The notes under the pieces are model-generated. The model saw nothing but the letters and a program-made list of their open reading frames with translations, was not told the DNA's origin and ran no database searches. This document shows, piece after piece, positions 20,557 through 31,305 of a stretch of DNA of 64,000 nucleotides. This DNA is from Nitrospirota bacterium (GTDB lineage: Bacteria > Nitrospirota > UBA9217): the NCBI GenBank assembly GCA_963845065.1, contig CAWJQQ010000001.1:768001-832000 (forward strand), in the 5' to 3' direction. Within the stretch, counting starts at the first letter, position 1; each line of letters starts with the position of its first letter. Both the position numbers and the translations under genes were made by a program.

Positions 20557-20877
20557 ATGAAAAATTTTTTTGTATTGGCTATCGCAATAGTAGTAGTGCT
20601 CGCTTTCACGATGACTGCATTCGCAGTACCGTCCGGCAAGACAGTTGAGTTCTCGCCCATGGGAGCTGGCAAGGTCGTGTTCAGCGGCAAAGTTCATGCT
20701 GATCACGGACTCAAATGTTCGAATTGCCATCCAGCTATCTTCAAGATGAAAAAGGGCGCTGATGCCATCACCATGAAAGACATCAACGACGGTAAATTCT
20801 GCGGCACATGTCACAACGGCACCAAGGCCTTCGCCACGAATAACGCAGCTAATTGCGCAAAGTGCCACATGAAGTAG
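20557..20877 (+). CDS. c7-type triheme periplasmic cytochrome c (paralog 1)
   Basis: Signal peptide; CSNCH, CGTCH, CAKCH; GK.CG.CHNG..AF; RBS AGGAGG. Confidence 0.92.
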   Translation: MKNFFVLAIAIVVVLAFTMTAFAVPSGKTVEFSPMGAGKVVFSGKVHADHGLKCSNCHPAIFKMKKGADAITMKDINDGKFCGTCHNGTKAFATNNAANCAKCHMK

Positions 20878-20895
20878 AGTCATTATCCGACTGTT

Positions 20896-20929
20896 AAGCC
20901 CTCACGATTTTTTTCGTGAGGGCTTTTTT
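20896..20929 (+). terminator. Rho-independent terminator; insertion target of a group IIC intron
   Basis: AAGCCCTCACGA-loop-TCGTGAGGGCTT followed by Ts. Confidence 0.85.
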
Positions 20930-20932
20930 GTG

Positions 20933-21544
20933 GTGCGCCCGGTAGGGCGCGCTCACTTGGAGGTGCAAGTTCCTCTACGGACCCTGATGATGGAACCGTT
21001 AGCCGAACCGCAAGGGCTGCCGCCGCGAGGCGGGGTCTGAAAGAAGCGTGGAGCAAACGTGCGAGCCGATGAACAAAAAAAAGATATGAGATGTGAGTGC
21101 CGGACAAACGGGCAATTGACTGTGAAGTCCACATCCATCAAAGACGTAAAGCGTAAGTCTAGCACTTGTGCACAGTAGTGGAGGTCTGCGTCATGTTCCG
21201 CTATCGGAACTGGGGAAACCGCGAAGTTCCCTGATCGTGTCGTAGAGGTCACGACGGCTCCGCTCCATTAACTGGAGACAGTAGAAGCGAGGAAAGACCC
21301 GGTACAAGGAGCTAAGACAACGGGGAATACCTCACTACCAGACCGCAGTTGCGGCAAGTTCACCTAAAGGTCCATGGACTATGGCGTGCAATGCCACCGT
21401 GAAATAGACGTTTCCACGTTCTTATTTTGACTCGCTCTGACTTTCGAGAATAGTCTTTCGCAACGCTTAACCAGCCGAATTGCCGTGTAGGGTCCTGTAT
21501 GCACGTGTGACAGGAAAAGCCCATGAGGGCCTATCTATGTTAAT
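20933..21544 (+). mobile_element. Group IIC intron with RT ORF deleted (degenerate)
   Basis: GTGCGCCC start just after the terminator; stop-interrupted maturase C-terminus at 21252-21470 (RRLRS..W.Q*KRGKTRYKEL...SPKGPW...SYFDSL); degenerate domain V/VI ending CTATGTTAAT. Confidence 0.8.
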
Positions 21545-21980
21545 TGTCATTTAAAGTCAACAAGTGCAATTTTTACGACCAATAAGCAACGAACTGCTAT
21601 GGTTGCGAGGACAATAGCTAAAAACCTTCCCCATGAAGCTCAATTGCTTGACAGATTACTAATTATCTATTAGGCTATCCTTAGTTCATTAAAAAATTTA
21701 ACAAGCTACGCTACAGCAAAGTCATACGCCATTAGTTCTGCGGTACAATACTGAGTTGTTTACCTATACACTTCAATACATAAACCAGATCAACCCCTCA
21801 TCGAGGAGGAAGGCTTCGTCAAGAGCTTAGAGACATTCTCATTCGAGCGGTTGAGATAGGATATATGCTATCCAGTAATTCTCATGTCGTTTGTATACAG
21901 TGACTCTACGAGCGTTGTGTTCCAGCGTTAAAACATCAGCAAGTACACAATTTGGGATAAGAAGGGAGGTGAACGATCTT

Positions 21981-22289
21981 ATGAAAAAATTTGTCATCAT
22001 AGCACTTGCGTTCCTAGTCACATTTGTATTAGCAGCCTCTGCATTAGCGGTCGGTCCGGGTAAAACCGTGGAGTTTCAAAAAGGGGGTAAAGTCATCTTT
22101 GACGGGACAATCCATTCAAAGGCAAAATGTAACGCTTGTCATCCAGCCCTGTTCAAAATGAAAAAGGGCGCGGATGAGATGACCATGAAGGACATGGAAG
22201 CGGGGAAGTTCTGCGGAGCTTGTCATAACGGCACTAAGGCATTCAGCGTGAAGGACACTGCTAAGTGCGGAACATGCCACAAAAAGTAG
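21981..22289 (+). CDS. c7-type triheme periplasmic cytochrome c (paralog 2)
   Basis: Signal peptide; CNACH, CGACH, CGTCH; similar to 20557-20877. Confidence 0.92.
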   Translation: MKKFVIIALAFLVTFVLAASALAVGPGKTVEFQKGGKVIFDGTIHSKAKCNACHPALFKMKKGADEMTMKDMEAGKFCGACHNGTKAFSVKDTAKCGTCHKK

Positions 22290-22311
22290 GATTGCTTCAT
22301 TAGTATTACAT

Positions 22312-22345
22312 AAAGCCCTCATGATCCAATTGTGAGGGCTTTTGT
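22312..22345 (+). terminator. Rho-independent terminator
   Basis: AAAGCCCTCA...TGAGGGCTTTT; same stem as 20896. Confidence 0.8.
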
Positions 22346-22927
22346 ATTTATCTGCCCACAAGAAAAAGTATGGGGAAGCTGTATAATTATCGATACGAAG
22401 AGACCGCATGATTTGTTTAGGCATGCGAGATAGATATCATTTCCATTTATTAAGTGCAGGATATATCATGATAGTTGTGGCGATGATAGTCCAAGTATTC
22501 AAGAATATCGGGATCCGAAAGTTTTTAAAGAATGTTAGATGTGAAGAAAACTTTATGGAGCGGGAAATTATTATTACATGGATATAAGGAATGGACAGAA
22601 GGCGTGCACTGAGATTGCGCCGCAGCCTTGATCGCTAAATAGTATTGTTTGGAAACCAAAGTAAGAAAAAACGCAAGTGAAGTTGTTTTAGGATACTTCG
22701 ATATAGCAGGGGTGGCTAATGTTGTCGAACGTGAGGCCTTTTGCTGGATAATAAATCATTGAAATCACGTAAGACGCTGCTGTTCATTCAAGTATTTGGT
22801 AGGATGGAATTCATCTCATATTTTAGTTTGATTGAACATCGTGAGAGCTAGAGTTAATATATAAAAGAAGGGAAGTATGACGTATTTTTTTACGACATAT
22901 TATTTCAGAGACGAGGAGGTGGGGATC

Positions 22928-23332
22928 ATGACAATCAATCCGAAGTCTAGGGACGGATCAGACAAAGAGGTTCGTCTCCTAAGGACTTTCTTAGTGTTGC
23001 TTATTACCGCGATTTTTGCCATATCCTATGCAAACTTTGCCTTAGCTGCGGGAAGTATGCAGAAAGGCCAGAAGGATAATACTGTTCGTGGAGAAGTTGT
23101 TGCTGTAGACAACCTTCACCATAATATTCGCATGTTGACATTACGTTCAGAAAATATGGGGAACTTCCCGAACGACAGCTTCAATATTTATCTTAACCAC
23201 AGCACGACTGTGAAAATATGCAGCGAGCGCAAACCGTCGAAAGATATAAATGTCAACGGAAACGCAACAGTAACGTATCATGAAGTTAGAGGCTGGCTGC
23301 CTGTTGCCGACGCTGTCACGGAGCGGTGCTGA
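22928..23332 (+). CDS. Hypothetical exported protein
   Basis: RBS GAGGAGGT, hydrophobic signal segment, beta-rich body (GEVVAVD...ATVTY); followed by a hairpin. Confidence 0.6.
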   Translation: MTINPKSRDGSDKEVRLLRTFLVLLITAIFAISYANFALAAGSMQKGQKDNTVRGEVVAVDNLHHNIRMLTLRSENMGNFPNDSFNIYLNHSTTVKICSERKPSKDINVNGNATVTYHEVRGWLPVADAVTERC

Positions 23333-23353
23333 CAATTTATTAACTCATTCGCA

Positions 23354-23386
23354 AGAAAGGCTCCGAAAAATTCGGGGCCTTTCTTA
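23354..23386 (+). terminator. Probable terminator
   Basis: AGAAAGGCTCCGAA-aa-TTCGGGGCCTTTCT. Confidence 0.6.
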
Positions 23387-23649
23387 TGAGCGAGAAGAGC
23401 GTGTGCGAAGATGTATCGACATTCATAAGAGCATGAAAGGTGTGCGTAGTGGTGATATTTTAAGACAGGAAGAGATCGTAGTGATTGATCACAGAAGGGC
23501 ATCGTTAACGTGTTACCAGAGATGTGCGCAGGATCGCCTAACTTTTTAAAAAGTGGACTGCCAGCAACAAGAAAGAGTGGCGGAGCGGTCTTTTCCATGG
23601 TAATATCTTGGGTTATCTGCCCCCTTCAGAGGACGTCGCAGAGTGAAAA

Positions 23650-24951
23650 ATGAGCCAGTCGACATTCGTGAGACGATTACTTTCTCAAGGTATGCAAAAT
23701 AGCCTCGATAAAATCGTAAGCAGTGCTTCCGGCAACGCTCACAACACAGTATTCAGGGTGCTCGGCGCCATCAGCTTTTCACATTTTCTGAACGACATGA
23801 TCCAGTCTTTGATCCTTGCGATCTATCCACTCCTCAAAGGCACGTTCCATCTCACCTTTGCGCAGATCGGTCTGATTACACTGACCTACCAGGTCACGGC
23901 TTCCTTGCTCCAGCCAATTGTCGGGTTTTACACTGACCATCATCCGAAGCCTTTCTCCCTGGCCTTCGGTATGGGATGCACACTCGTCGGCCTCTTAGTC
24001 CTGGCGGCAGCGAATAATTACGAAACGCTAATCTTCGCCGCCGCAATCATTGGCACTGGTTCGGCCATTTTTCACCCTGAATCGTCACGCGTGGCCCGCA
24101 TGGCCTCGGGTGGGCAACACGGGCTGGCTCAGTCGGTCTTTCAGGTCGGCGGAAATACGGGTAGCGCGATGGGTCCGCTGCTTGCCGCGTGGATTATTAT
24201 CCCCCATGGGCAGCGGAGCGTCGCATGGTTCTCGATTGCTGCTCTCCTCGCCATCACAGTGCTGTGGCAAGTCGGACAGTGGTACCGGCGCAGGCAGAAG
24301 TTTATTGGCCATGGGACTAGGCCACACCTTGATATCCGGACAGGCTTGCCGACTCGCACGCTCGCCCTGTCGATGCTGGTTCTGCTAGTATTGATCTTCT
24401 CCAAATTTTTTTACTTGGCGAGTATCAGCAGCTATTACATCTTTTATCTAATGTACCGCTTCAACTTGTCCGTGCAATCGGCGCAGGTGCACCTTTTTGC
24501 GTTTTTGTTCGCTGTGGCGATGGGTACGATCATGGGTGGGCTCATCGGCGATCGCATCGGCAGAAAGCGTGTGATTTGGTTCTCGATTCTAGGTGCGGCG
24601 CCTTTCGCGCTTATCATGCCGTATGCGAATCTCGCGTGGACAGGTGTTCTGGCTTTCGTTATAGGGCTTATTCTCTCTTCTGCGTTTTCAGCCATTCTCG
24701 TGTTTGCACAGGAACTTCTTCCCGGTAAAGTGGGTACCGTAGCTGGTCTTTTCTTTGGCCTGGCGTTCGGAATGGGCGGAATCGGTGCAGCAGTGTTGGG
24801 TAAGCTTGCGGACCAATATGGCATAAAATTTGTTTATCACCTGTGCTCTTATCTGCCCCTGCTCGGTGTGTTGACCGCCTTTTTGCCGGATCTCGGACGC
24901 AAGTCCGACTCGGCCGCTGTTTTGCAGTATCCGGTTCCGCGTTTGCCATAA
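23650..24951 (+). CDS. fsr: MFS transporter, fosmidomycin-resistance (Fsr) family
   Basis: SHFLNDMIQSL, SLLQP.VG, FHPESSRVARMASGG.HGLAQS.FQVGGN and GDRIGRKRVIW.SILG motifs. Confidence 0.88.
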   Translation: MSQSTFVRRLLSQGMQNSLDKIVSSASGNAHNTVFRVLGAISFSHFLNDMIQSLILAIYPLLKGTFHLTFAQIGLITLTYQVTASLLQPIVGFYTDHHPKPFSLAFGMGCTLVGLLVLAAANNYETLIFAAAIIGTGSAIFHPESSRVARMASGGQHGLAQSVFQVGGNTGSAMGPLLAAWIIIPHGQRSVAWFSIAALLAITVLWQVGQWYRRRQKFIGHGTRPHLDIRTGLPTRTLALSMLVLLVLIFSKFFYLASISSYYIFYLMYRFNLSVQSAQVHLFAFLFAVAMGTIMGGLIGDRIGRKRVIWFSILGAAPFALIMPYANLAWTGVLAFVIGLILSSAFSAILVFAQELLPGKVGTVAGLFFGLAFGMGGIGAAVLGKLADQYGIKFVYHLCSYLPLLGVLTAFLPDLGRKSDSAAVLQYPVPRLP

Positions 24952-25080
24952 GCTACGTAGCTGGCCGTAATACTGGCCATAATAATCGAACCAAATGCGG
25001 TCATGGCCAGAACGGTCATAAGCAAGCCCGACCGGAAACCAGTCCTAGATGGCATCACTCACTTAGTTGCTAGATGACAA

Positions 25081-25129
25081 CTGTCAGGACATCGTGCACT
25101 AATTTATCTGTCACGACATCGTGCACTAA
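25081..25129 (+). repeat. Tandem 22-bp repeats at the IS end (probable transposase-binding sites)
   Basis: CTGTCA(G/C)GACATCGTGCACTAA at 25081 and 25108. Confidence 0.8.
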
Positions 25130-25199
25130 CATTCTTTGACAATCGAGTAGCCACATTCTGTACTATCATGGACACCACTACAATCAATAGGAGGTGTTC

Positions 25200-26072
25200 A
25201 TGAAAAAGAAAGTGCAGCAGGAACGAGCGGCAGCAGTGCAACGGTATCTCGCCGGAGAAGATCCGGAGAGCATCTGCGCCTCATTGGACAGATCGCGACG
25301 ATGGCTGTACAAATGGTTGGCACGGCATATCCCTGACGATTCTGCTTGGTATGATGATTTATCACGTCGCCCCCTTGTAAGCCCACACCGCACACCTGCG
25401 GAGATCGAAAAGATCGTCGAGATGGTGCGATGGCGTCTGTACAACAATGATCTTTTCTGTGGAAGCCAAGCTATCCTATGGGAAATGGAGGACATGAACA
25501 TTCAGCCGCTTCCCTCCATTAGTACTATTGACCGGATCTTGCGTCGCCGTGAATTGACCCATAGGCGGACCGGACGATATACCCCAAAGGGCAAGAAATA
25601 TCCCTCGCTCCCGGCGCTCTTGCCCAATCAAACCCATCAGGTTGATCTGGTCGGCCCTTGCTACCTTACCGGCCCAATTCGTTTCTACAGCCTGCATGCG
25701 GTCGATACTGCGACCAACCGATGCGGTATAGAGCCGATGCCCTCCAAAGCAGCGCAAAGCGTTTTAGACGCTGTTTATGCGGTTTGGCTGCGTATGGGCA
25801 TCCCTGAGAACCTTCAGGTGGACAATGAGATGGCCTTTTTCGGGAGCCCGATTCATCCCCGAGGCATGGGGCCACTTATTCGTTTCTGCCTGCATTATGG
25901 CGTTAAGCTATGGTTTATTCCACCATCCGAACCGTGGTGGAACGGAATCGTCGAGAAGTTCAATGACCATTATGAACAGAAATTTCTCGACAAGGTTTCT
26001 ATGGCCTCAATGACGCAGCTTCGGCAAGAATCACTGGCATTCGAACATCGGCACAACAGCACCTATCGCTAG
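25200..26072 (+). mobile_element. IS481-like DDE (integrase-core) transposase, 3'-truncated
   Basis: N-terminal HTH, HQVDLVGP, LQVDNE and NGIVEKFN; ends abruptly at HN..YR; no right end found. Confidence 0.8.
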
Positions 26073-26976
26073 AGATTTGACATGCTCAACACCATCAGCT
26101 TTTCAATAGTGAAACTGAACGACCCGATCGATCCGAAAAAAATCGCCAGGATAGCCAAATTCACAAAAGAAGATGCCTTAAAAATATTTAGAAAACTACA
26201 GCCACCCAAATTATAATATTGTAATGCGGGTTCGTTTCGGCGGCAAGACCTTCCTGAAAGACATTGCCGCTTCTGCGATAAAAAGACTGGCTTAAATCTC
26301 AGATAGATGCCGGCTACAACAGCTTGGAAAAGCTAGAAGGCATCATCTGCGGCTATCTTGGACTGGGAAAACAAGCCCGACTTATCAAAGATCAGACCTT
26401 CGATGATCCGTACATCCAGTGTGTCCACGATAAATTCTTTCGGCTGCTTCAACATGTTCATGAGATGAAGCAACTTCGGCTGTCAACTCTCTAGTTATTT
26501 GAAGCCCCAACCAATAGATTAGTATTATCTTTGGTTGCAGGAGCTTTCATGAGTAATCTCAAGACCGTGAAGTTGGATTACGTTCGGTCACTCTTCCATT
26601 GGATTGGATACTGGTACAAACGTTACTTGGTTTAGGTCTGCAGTTAGTACAGACATCAGCCTTTTGCGGATCGCGTCCGATCTTTCTGATGGGTCTGTCC
26701 GTATCTCCCAAAGATATTTAGATTAAATACCAGCAGATTAGCATCAGCGCCGATAGAGCGCCAAGGTAGGTAAACAGATATTACTAAGCCCTTATAGGCC
26801 ATAAAGAGCTTTTGAGGGTTGCCTATAGCGCATCGGCCCCCTCTTAACTGCAGGATTTTAAGAATTATGTGTACAAAATAGTGATGGAATCCGAACCGGC
26901 CAATAAGGTGCTATAGTTGCAAAAGACACCAAAAAATCAGGGTATAGCGCTTTGGTAAGTCCGAGAACAATCTTTT

Positions 26977-27450
26977 TTACTCATTCCACAATGCGGAAAC
27001 GGCTTGCGGCTCCTTCTTGATGAGAAGAATGGAACATGGCATTCTTAAGATAAGTTCATGGTTACTCCTGCCAAACAGAAAGTGCTCTAAATGTCCTTCC
27101 TCATGGGCGAGCATGACGAGGAGGTCGATATGCTTTTCATGCACTGTCGTCAATATGTCTTTCGTGGGATCTCCCTCTTTAAGAATGACATCGATGGCGA
27201 CCCCTCGTAACTTTTCATGTTCAATTATATTATCAAGTTGCTTTCTGGTTTTCTTGAGAAGATCCTGATAGTCTTTCTCCAGGTTTGGCATAGGAAGGTT
27301 CCATCCTTCTATTCCGAAAGGATCATGGATGACATGGATCACTGTTAGTTGAGCTCCGTATTTTTGAGCTAGCGATGCGCCATAGTGGATTGCCTTGGCG
27401 TCATACTTAACCATTCTGCTTACGACGAGAATATGTTTTATAGTATCCAT
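26977..27450 (-). CDS. Universal stress protein (UspA family)
   Basis: IKHILV, LTVIHV, EGDP, IDLLVM and FGRS...L...MPCSILLI. Confidence 0.9.
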   Translation of the reverse strand: MDTIKHILVVSRMVKYDAKAIHYGASLAQKYGAQLTVIHVIHDPFGIEGWNLPMPNLEKDYQDLLKKTRKQLDNIIEHEKLRGVAIDVILKEGDPTKDILTTVHEKHIDLLVMLAHEEGHLEHFLFGRSNHELILRMPCSILLIKKEPQAVSALWNE

Positions 27451-27519
27451 AGAATTGCCCTTCATAATTGTCCTAAACTTCTATTAATATTTTACCACAC
27501 CTTATGGTCAACCTCCTTA

Positions 27520-28947
27520 GCCTAGAACCCTGCAAGCCGCGTCTGCTTCACAAATCAAAGCATATTCAACGAGATATACTATCCACGACTGGATCAAGCG
27601 TGCACCCGAGACATGGGCTTGATCGTAACCGACAGCAGTCAATATTTTTTTGATGAGAAAATAAATACTTGGCAAAGCATGGCACCAATCGTTCCGGGCT
27701 TCCCCGCCTTTCGGCTCGAAATTACCAGTGAGGAAGGCCGCTATCGAATTGAGAAAGAGGTATTAACCGACCCATGGCGTGAGGTATTGCTTCAGCAGAC
27801 GCGCTTCTTGACGCTTCAAGGAACCTTGGAAACTTGTAGAGTATACGTGTTGCTTGCCCAACACATAGCGAATGCAGGATGGGGAAATACTGGCTGGCTC
27901 GGCGACTACAAGGGAGTGTTGATGCTATTTGCCGAAAGGGTGTGAATAACCATTGCTCCTGCATGCTCAGCAGGATGGCTTAATCGGTCCGTAGGTTTTG
28001 TTGGCATTTCCGACGGATGTCAGGACCTCTCACAGCATAAGCGAATGATCTGGGTCTATGACCGGGCAGAGAACGGGAATATCTCTCTCGCCGGAGAGAT
28101 CGGCTTAAGTCTGTGAAGGGAGAGTTCACGCTTGCCCTCTGCTTTGGCAGGAATGCCGCCGAAGCAGGAAACCGCGTTTTGGCGAGCCTGTCTGATGGCT
28201 TCACGCACGCAATAACGGATTACACCACGGAGTGGAAAGCATGGCAACAGAAGCTCCTATCACTTGGCAGCGATGAGCAGGGTAGGCATGATCTTTACCT
28301 GATCAGCACGGCTGTTATGCGGATTCACGAGGCCAAGAACTCTCCCGGAGGTTTCATTGCGAGCCTCTCTGTGCCATGGGGGTTTTCCAAGGGTGATGAC
28401 GATTTAGGCGGATACCATCTAGCATGGCCGCGTGATATTGTGGAGACCGCATCAGGGCTTCTAGCAGCAGGCACGCATGAGGATGCGCGAAGGGTGCTTC
28501 ATTATGTGGAATCCATGCAGGAATCGGATGGTCACTGGCCTCAGAACATGTGGCTCGATGGTACCCCTTATTGGGGGAGGGATTCAGATGGATGAGACCG
28601 CGCTTCCAATCATGCTCGTCGATTTTGCCAGGCGTGAAAAATCCCTTGGTCAGAGGGAACAGAAACGGCTGTGGCCAATGGTGAAACGGGCAGCATCCTT
28701 CATCGCTCGGAACGTGCTGTTTACGCAGCAAGACCGGTGGGAAGAGGACCAAAGTTACTCTCCCTTTACTCTTGCGGCTGAGATCGCGGCTCTGCTCTGT
28801 ACGGCTGATCTGGCGGACTTGAACGATGATAATAAAATCGCCGACTATTATGTCAGGATCGCTCCTCCTGAGGTCTCCGATGCATCGTCACCAGCCGGAG
28901 GTTTTGTGACCATTAAGAACCGATCAGAAAAAATGGGAAGGAATTGA
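27520..28947 (+). pseudogene. Glucoamylase/glucodextranase (GH15) pseudogene
   Basis: Fragments NEIYYPRLDQACTRDMGLIVTD, IASLSVPWG..KGDDDLGGYHL.WPRD, WPQNMWLDG, QMDETA and QQDRWEE, split by stops, frameshifts and deletions. Confidence 0.88.
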
Positions 28948-28984
28948 CTATTCTGTTAATATTACAAAAACATGACAAATTTAT

Positions 28985-29121
28985 AAAACCTGTCCTTGAA
29001 TACCCAGCAGTTCTACTGCTGGGATGAAAAGGACAATCCTGACGAGGTCAGGATAAGAATCTGATTGGTTTTAGGTTCTATCGGTTTTGATGCCCCGCAG
29101 CTCTGCTGCAGGGTAATTCAC
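28985..29121 (+). mobile_element. 137-bp ORF-less hairpin-bounded element, family A copy 1
   Basis: Near-identical to 37927, 43824 and 45372; preceded by TTTAT, ends AATTCAC. Confidence 0.85.
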
Positions 29122-29304
29122 TTTTGAACTGAGGCTGATATGAGGGAAGGTATGTAACGGAAAAAAACAATCCAAAATTAGCAGACTGGTCTTTATCTGT
29201 TCTTCACGGGAATATTTATAATCCGCATCGTAAATTCCCGTTTCTTTGGATGAGGGGTGCTGCTTGCTACGCAGCGGATAAATGTTTTTTTATCAAACTA
29301 TGTC

Positions 29305-29473
29305 AGAATCCTACGTGGCTTGCTACGGTGATTAATGTCATCTTTGACGATGAGGTTATAAGGGGGGACCGGAAGGAGCCCCCCCTTATCCCACCGGGCC
29401 ATCGACGTAGCCGTGGCCTGAAGAGCATTTTCATGCTTTGCTAACATGCCCCGCGTCTCTTAATGCGGGGTTC
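29305..29473 (+). repeat. Degenerate hairpin-bounded element, family C copy 1
   Basis: AGAATCC...ATGTCATC...GGTTATAAGGGG..GGAAG..CTTATCC shared with 36713; ends in a CCCCGC...GCGGGG hairpin. Confidence 0.55.
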
Positions 29474-29632
29474 CTGCCTGATAATTGGACAAACGTTCAT
29501 CTATCTGATATACTAAGTGTTATATGGTCGAATCGAATGATAACTACCATAATATGTCAGTCATAAAAAAAATTTAAAGTTCCTTTTAAAACGTTGGTTT
29601 TTCTGTTATAGTTTTTAGTGAAAGGATTAATT

Positions 29633-30154
29633 ATGAAGATAGTTGTGTTATTTTTTTGTTTTATGTTGTGCGTAAATTCAGTTTATGCTGAGATGCCCTA
29701 TGATTATCCAAACCAGCCAAAAGGATTTAGGAACGTAACGTGGGGAGAGAATTTGACAAAAATAAAGGGTATGAGGAAAATGGATGTCAGCGATGAGGAC
29801 AATGATATTATAACTTACGCCAGGGAGCAAGATGTATTGCAAATAGGAGCCGCAAAATTAGGTTTCATACGATATGTTGCATGGAAAAATAAATTTTCTG
29901 GTGTGATTATTTCTTTTAAGGGCAATATTAATTATGAGGGATTAAAAGAGACGCTAGTTGACAAGTTTGGAAAAGGCAAGCAAAATGACTATGATGATAG
30001 CTTGGGGTGGTATGGCGTCGATACAACTATAGTCTTAGATTATAATGATGAAACCAGAGAGGGTTCGCTAATGTTTTATGGTAACAAAATTCGTGCTGAG
30101 GAAGACGCTTATAGGAAGGAAAAAGCTAAAGAAGGAGCAGTAAAAGGCTTTTAG
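29633..30154 (+). CDS. Hypothetical secreted protein
   Basis: Signal peptide; GFRNVTWG and L..KFG motifs; AT-rich. Confidence 0.65.
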   Translation: MKIVVLFFCFMLCVNSVYAEMPYDYPNQPKGFRNVTWGENLTKIKGMRKMDVSDEDNDIITYAREQDVLQIGAAKLGFIRYVAWKNKFSGVIISFKGNINYEGLKETLVDKFGKGKQNDYDDSLGWYGVDTTIVLDYNDETREGSLMFYGNKIRAEEDAYRKEKAKEGAVKGF

Positions 30155-30385
30155 TCGAGCTAGTCACGAATTGAGTTGGCAGCAATTGCAAATGCCAATA
30201 CTATTCACTACACATTACAATGAAATCTTTCACCTTTCCCCGAAGTATATACTTTCCACTCAATCCGTCGAATCCTACCAAGGAGAACCACCTCTGCCGG
30301 CGATTATAAAACTATTTAAATCATGGGTATTATGGTACAGTTTTTTGTACTAGGAACTTCCTGAATCGTGCAGGCATGAGATGAC

Positions 30386-30850
30386 CGAAGCCTTTACAAC
30401 TCCGCAAGCCCTTGGATTTATCCATGGGGATAGGTGTTGCAGTATAGTATACAGAATAGAATTAATTAAGAGTATTGATGCTACTATGCAAATTCACCTT
30501 TTTGCTATATTGAATATACTTTTATGTCTAGAAAATCCAAAACTCCGTAGTTTATCCATTAATTGTCACTTCTGGTCAATACCTGCGAGGAACAGGGGAC
30601 ATGCCGGCAGCTCTATAATGCCTGCCTCGGCGAATCCCTTGTAGGCTAACCCTTCTCCAACAGTCAAAACCGTGTCAGGCATGCCGCAGGTTTCCCTATG
30701 CGGACAAAGAAACGCGATCGGCTGCGTTCAAAGCAGTGGACGAGCAGTTTGGGTTCACTGCTTACGAAATGCATAAGTTCGCGTGAAAGGCCAAAAACGC
30801 TTGTACCAGGCCAACATCTGGATTTCGACACTGTCCAGAAGGTACCAACG
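30386..30850 (+). mobile_element. Second, more decayed tnpB-type IS605-family remnant (left end + 5' tnpB)
   Basis: Aligns with 2630-3090 (hairpin CCCTTGGATTTATCCATGGGG; ATGTCTAGAAAATCCAAAACTCCG; ...LYNACLGESL...). Confidence 0.75.
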
Positions 30851-31305
30851 GTGTTAACTGATGTCGGGATGTTTGAGTATCAAGTCACTACTAACAATAA
30901 AAAACAAAAAAAACCGTTGAACACAATTATTGTTATCGCGGATCTCGTTAATGCTTGCATAGTGTCCAGAGAGCAAGGGCCGTAAAGTGTCAATTATTTG
31001 ACACAATTTATAAATCTTTTTTTGCACAAATTCCTTGACAAATAATTCCTGTTTGTAATATTCTTGTATCCTAATGAAGCTCCCGATTTTAAAGCATGTT
31101 TTAACGAACCATTTATAAAAAAACAAATTTTAGCGTTTCTTAACAAATTTTCAGACAAATATTTGTTGTACTAATAATATAAATGATTTCATAATAGTGG
31201 GGGTGATCAATATAGCATTTTAAACAAAAAACTCGAATAGATTCGTTAGAGCAACAGTAGTATTGATGATCAAATCATAAGGACCTTAAACATTAGGAGG
31301 TAAAA

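Noticed and set aside
21600..21980. Possible cyclic-dinucleotide riboswitch upstream of the c7 gene
   Set aside because: No GEMM consensus elements recognised; would need an Rfam search
25081..25129. Two 22-bp direct repeats as a possible CRISPR array
   Set aside because: Only two units, 5-bp spacer, directly upstream of a transposase; better explained as an IS end
26073..26960. Protein-like fragments after the truncated transposase
   Set aside because: Short, stop-interrupted and not assignable to any family by eye
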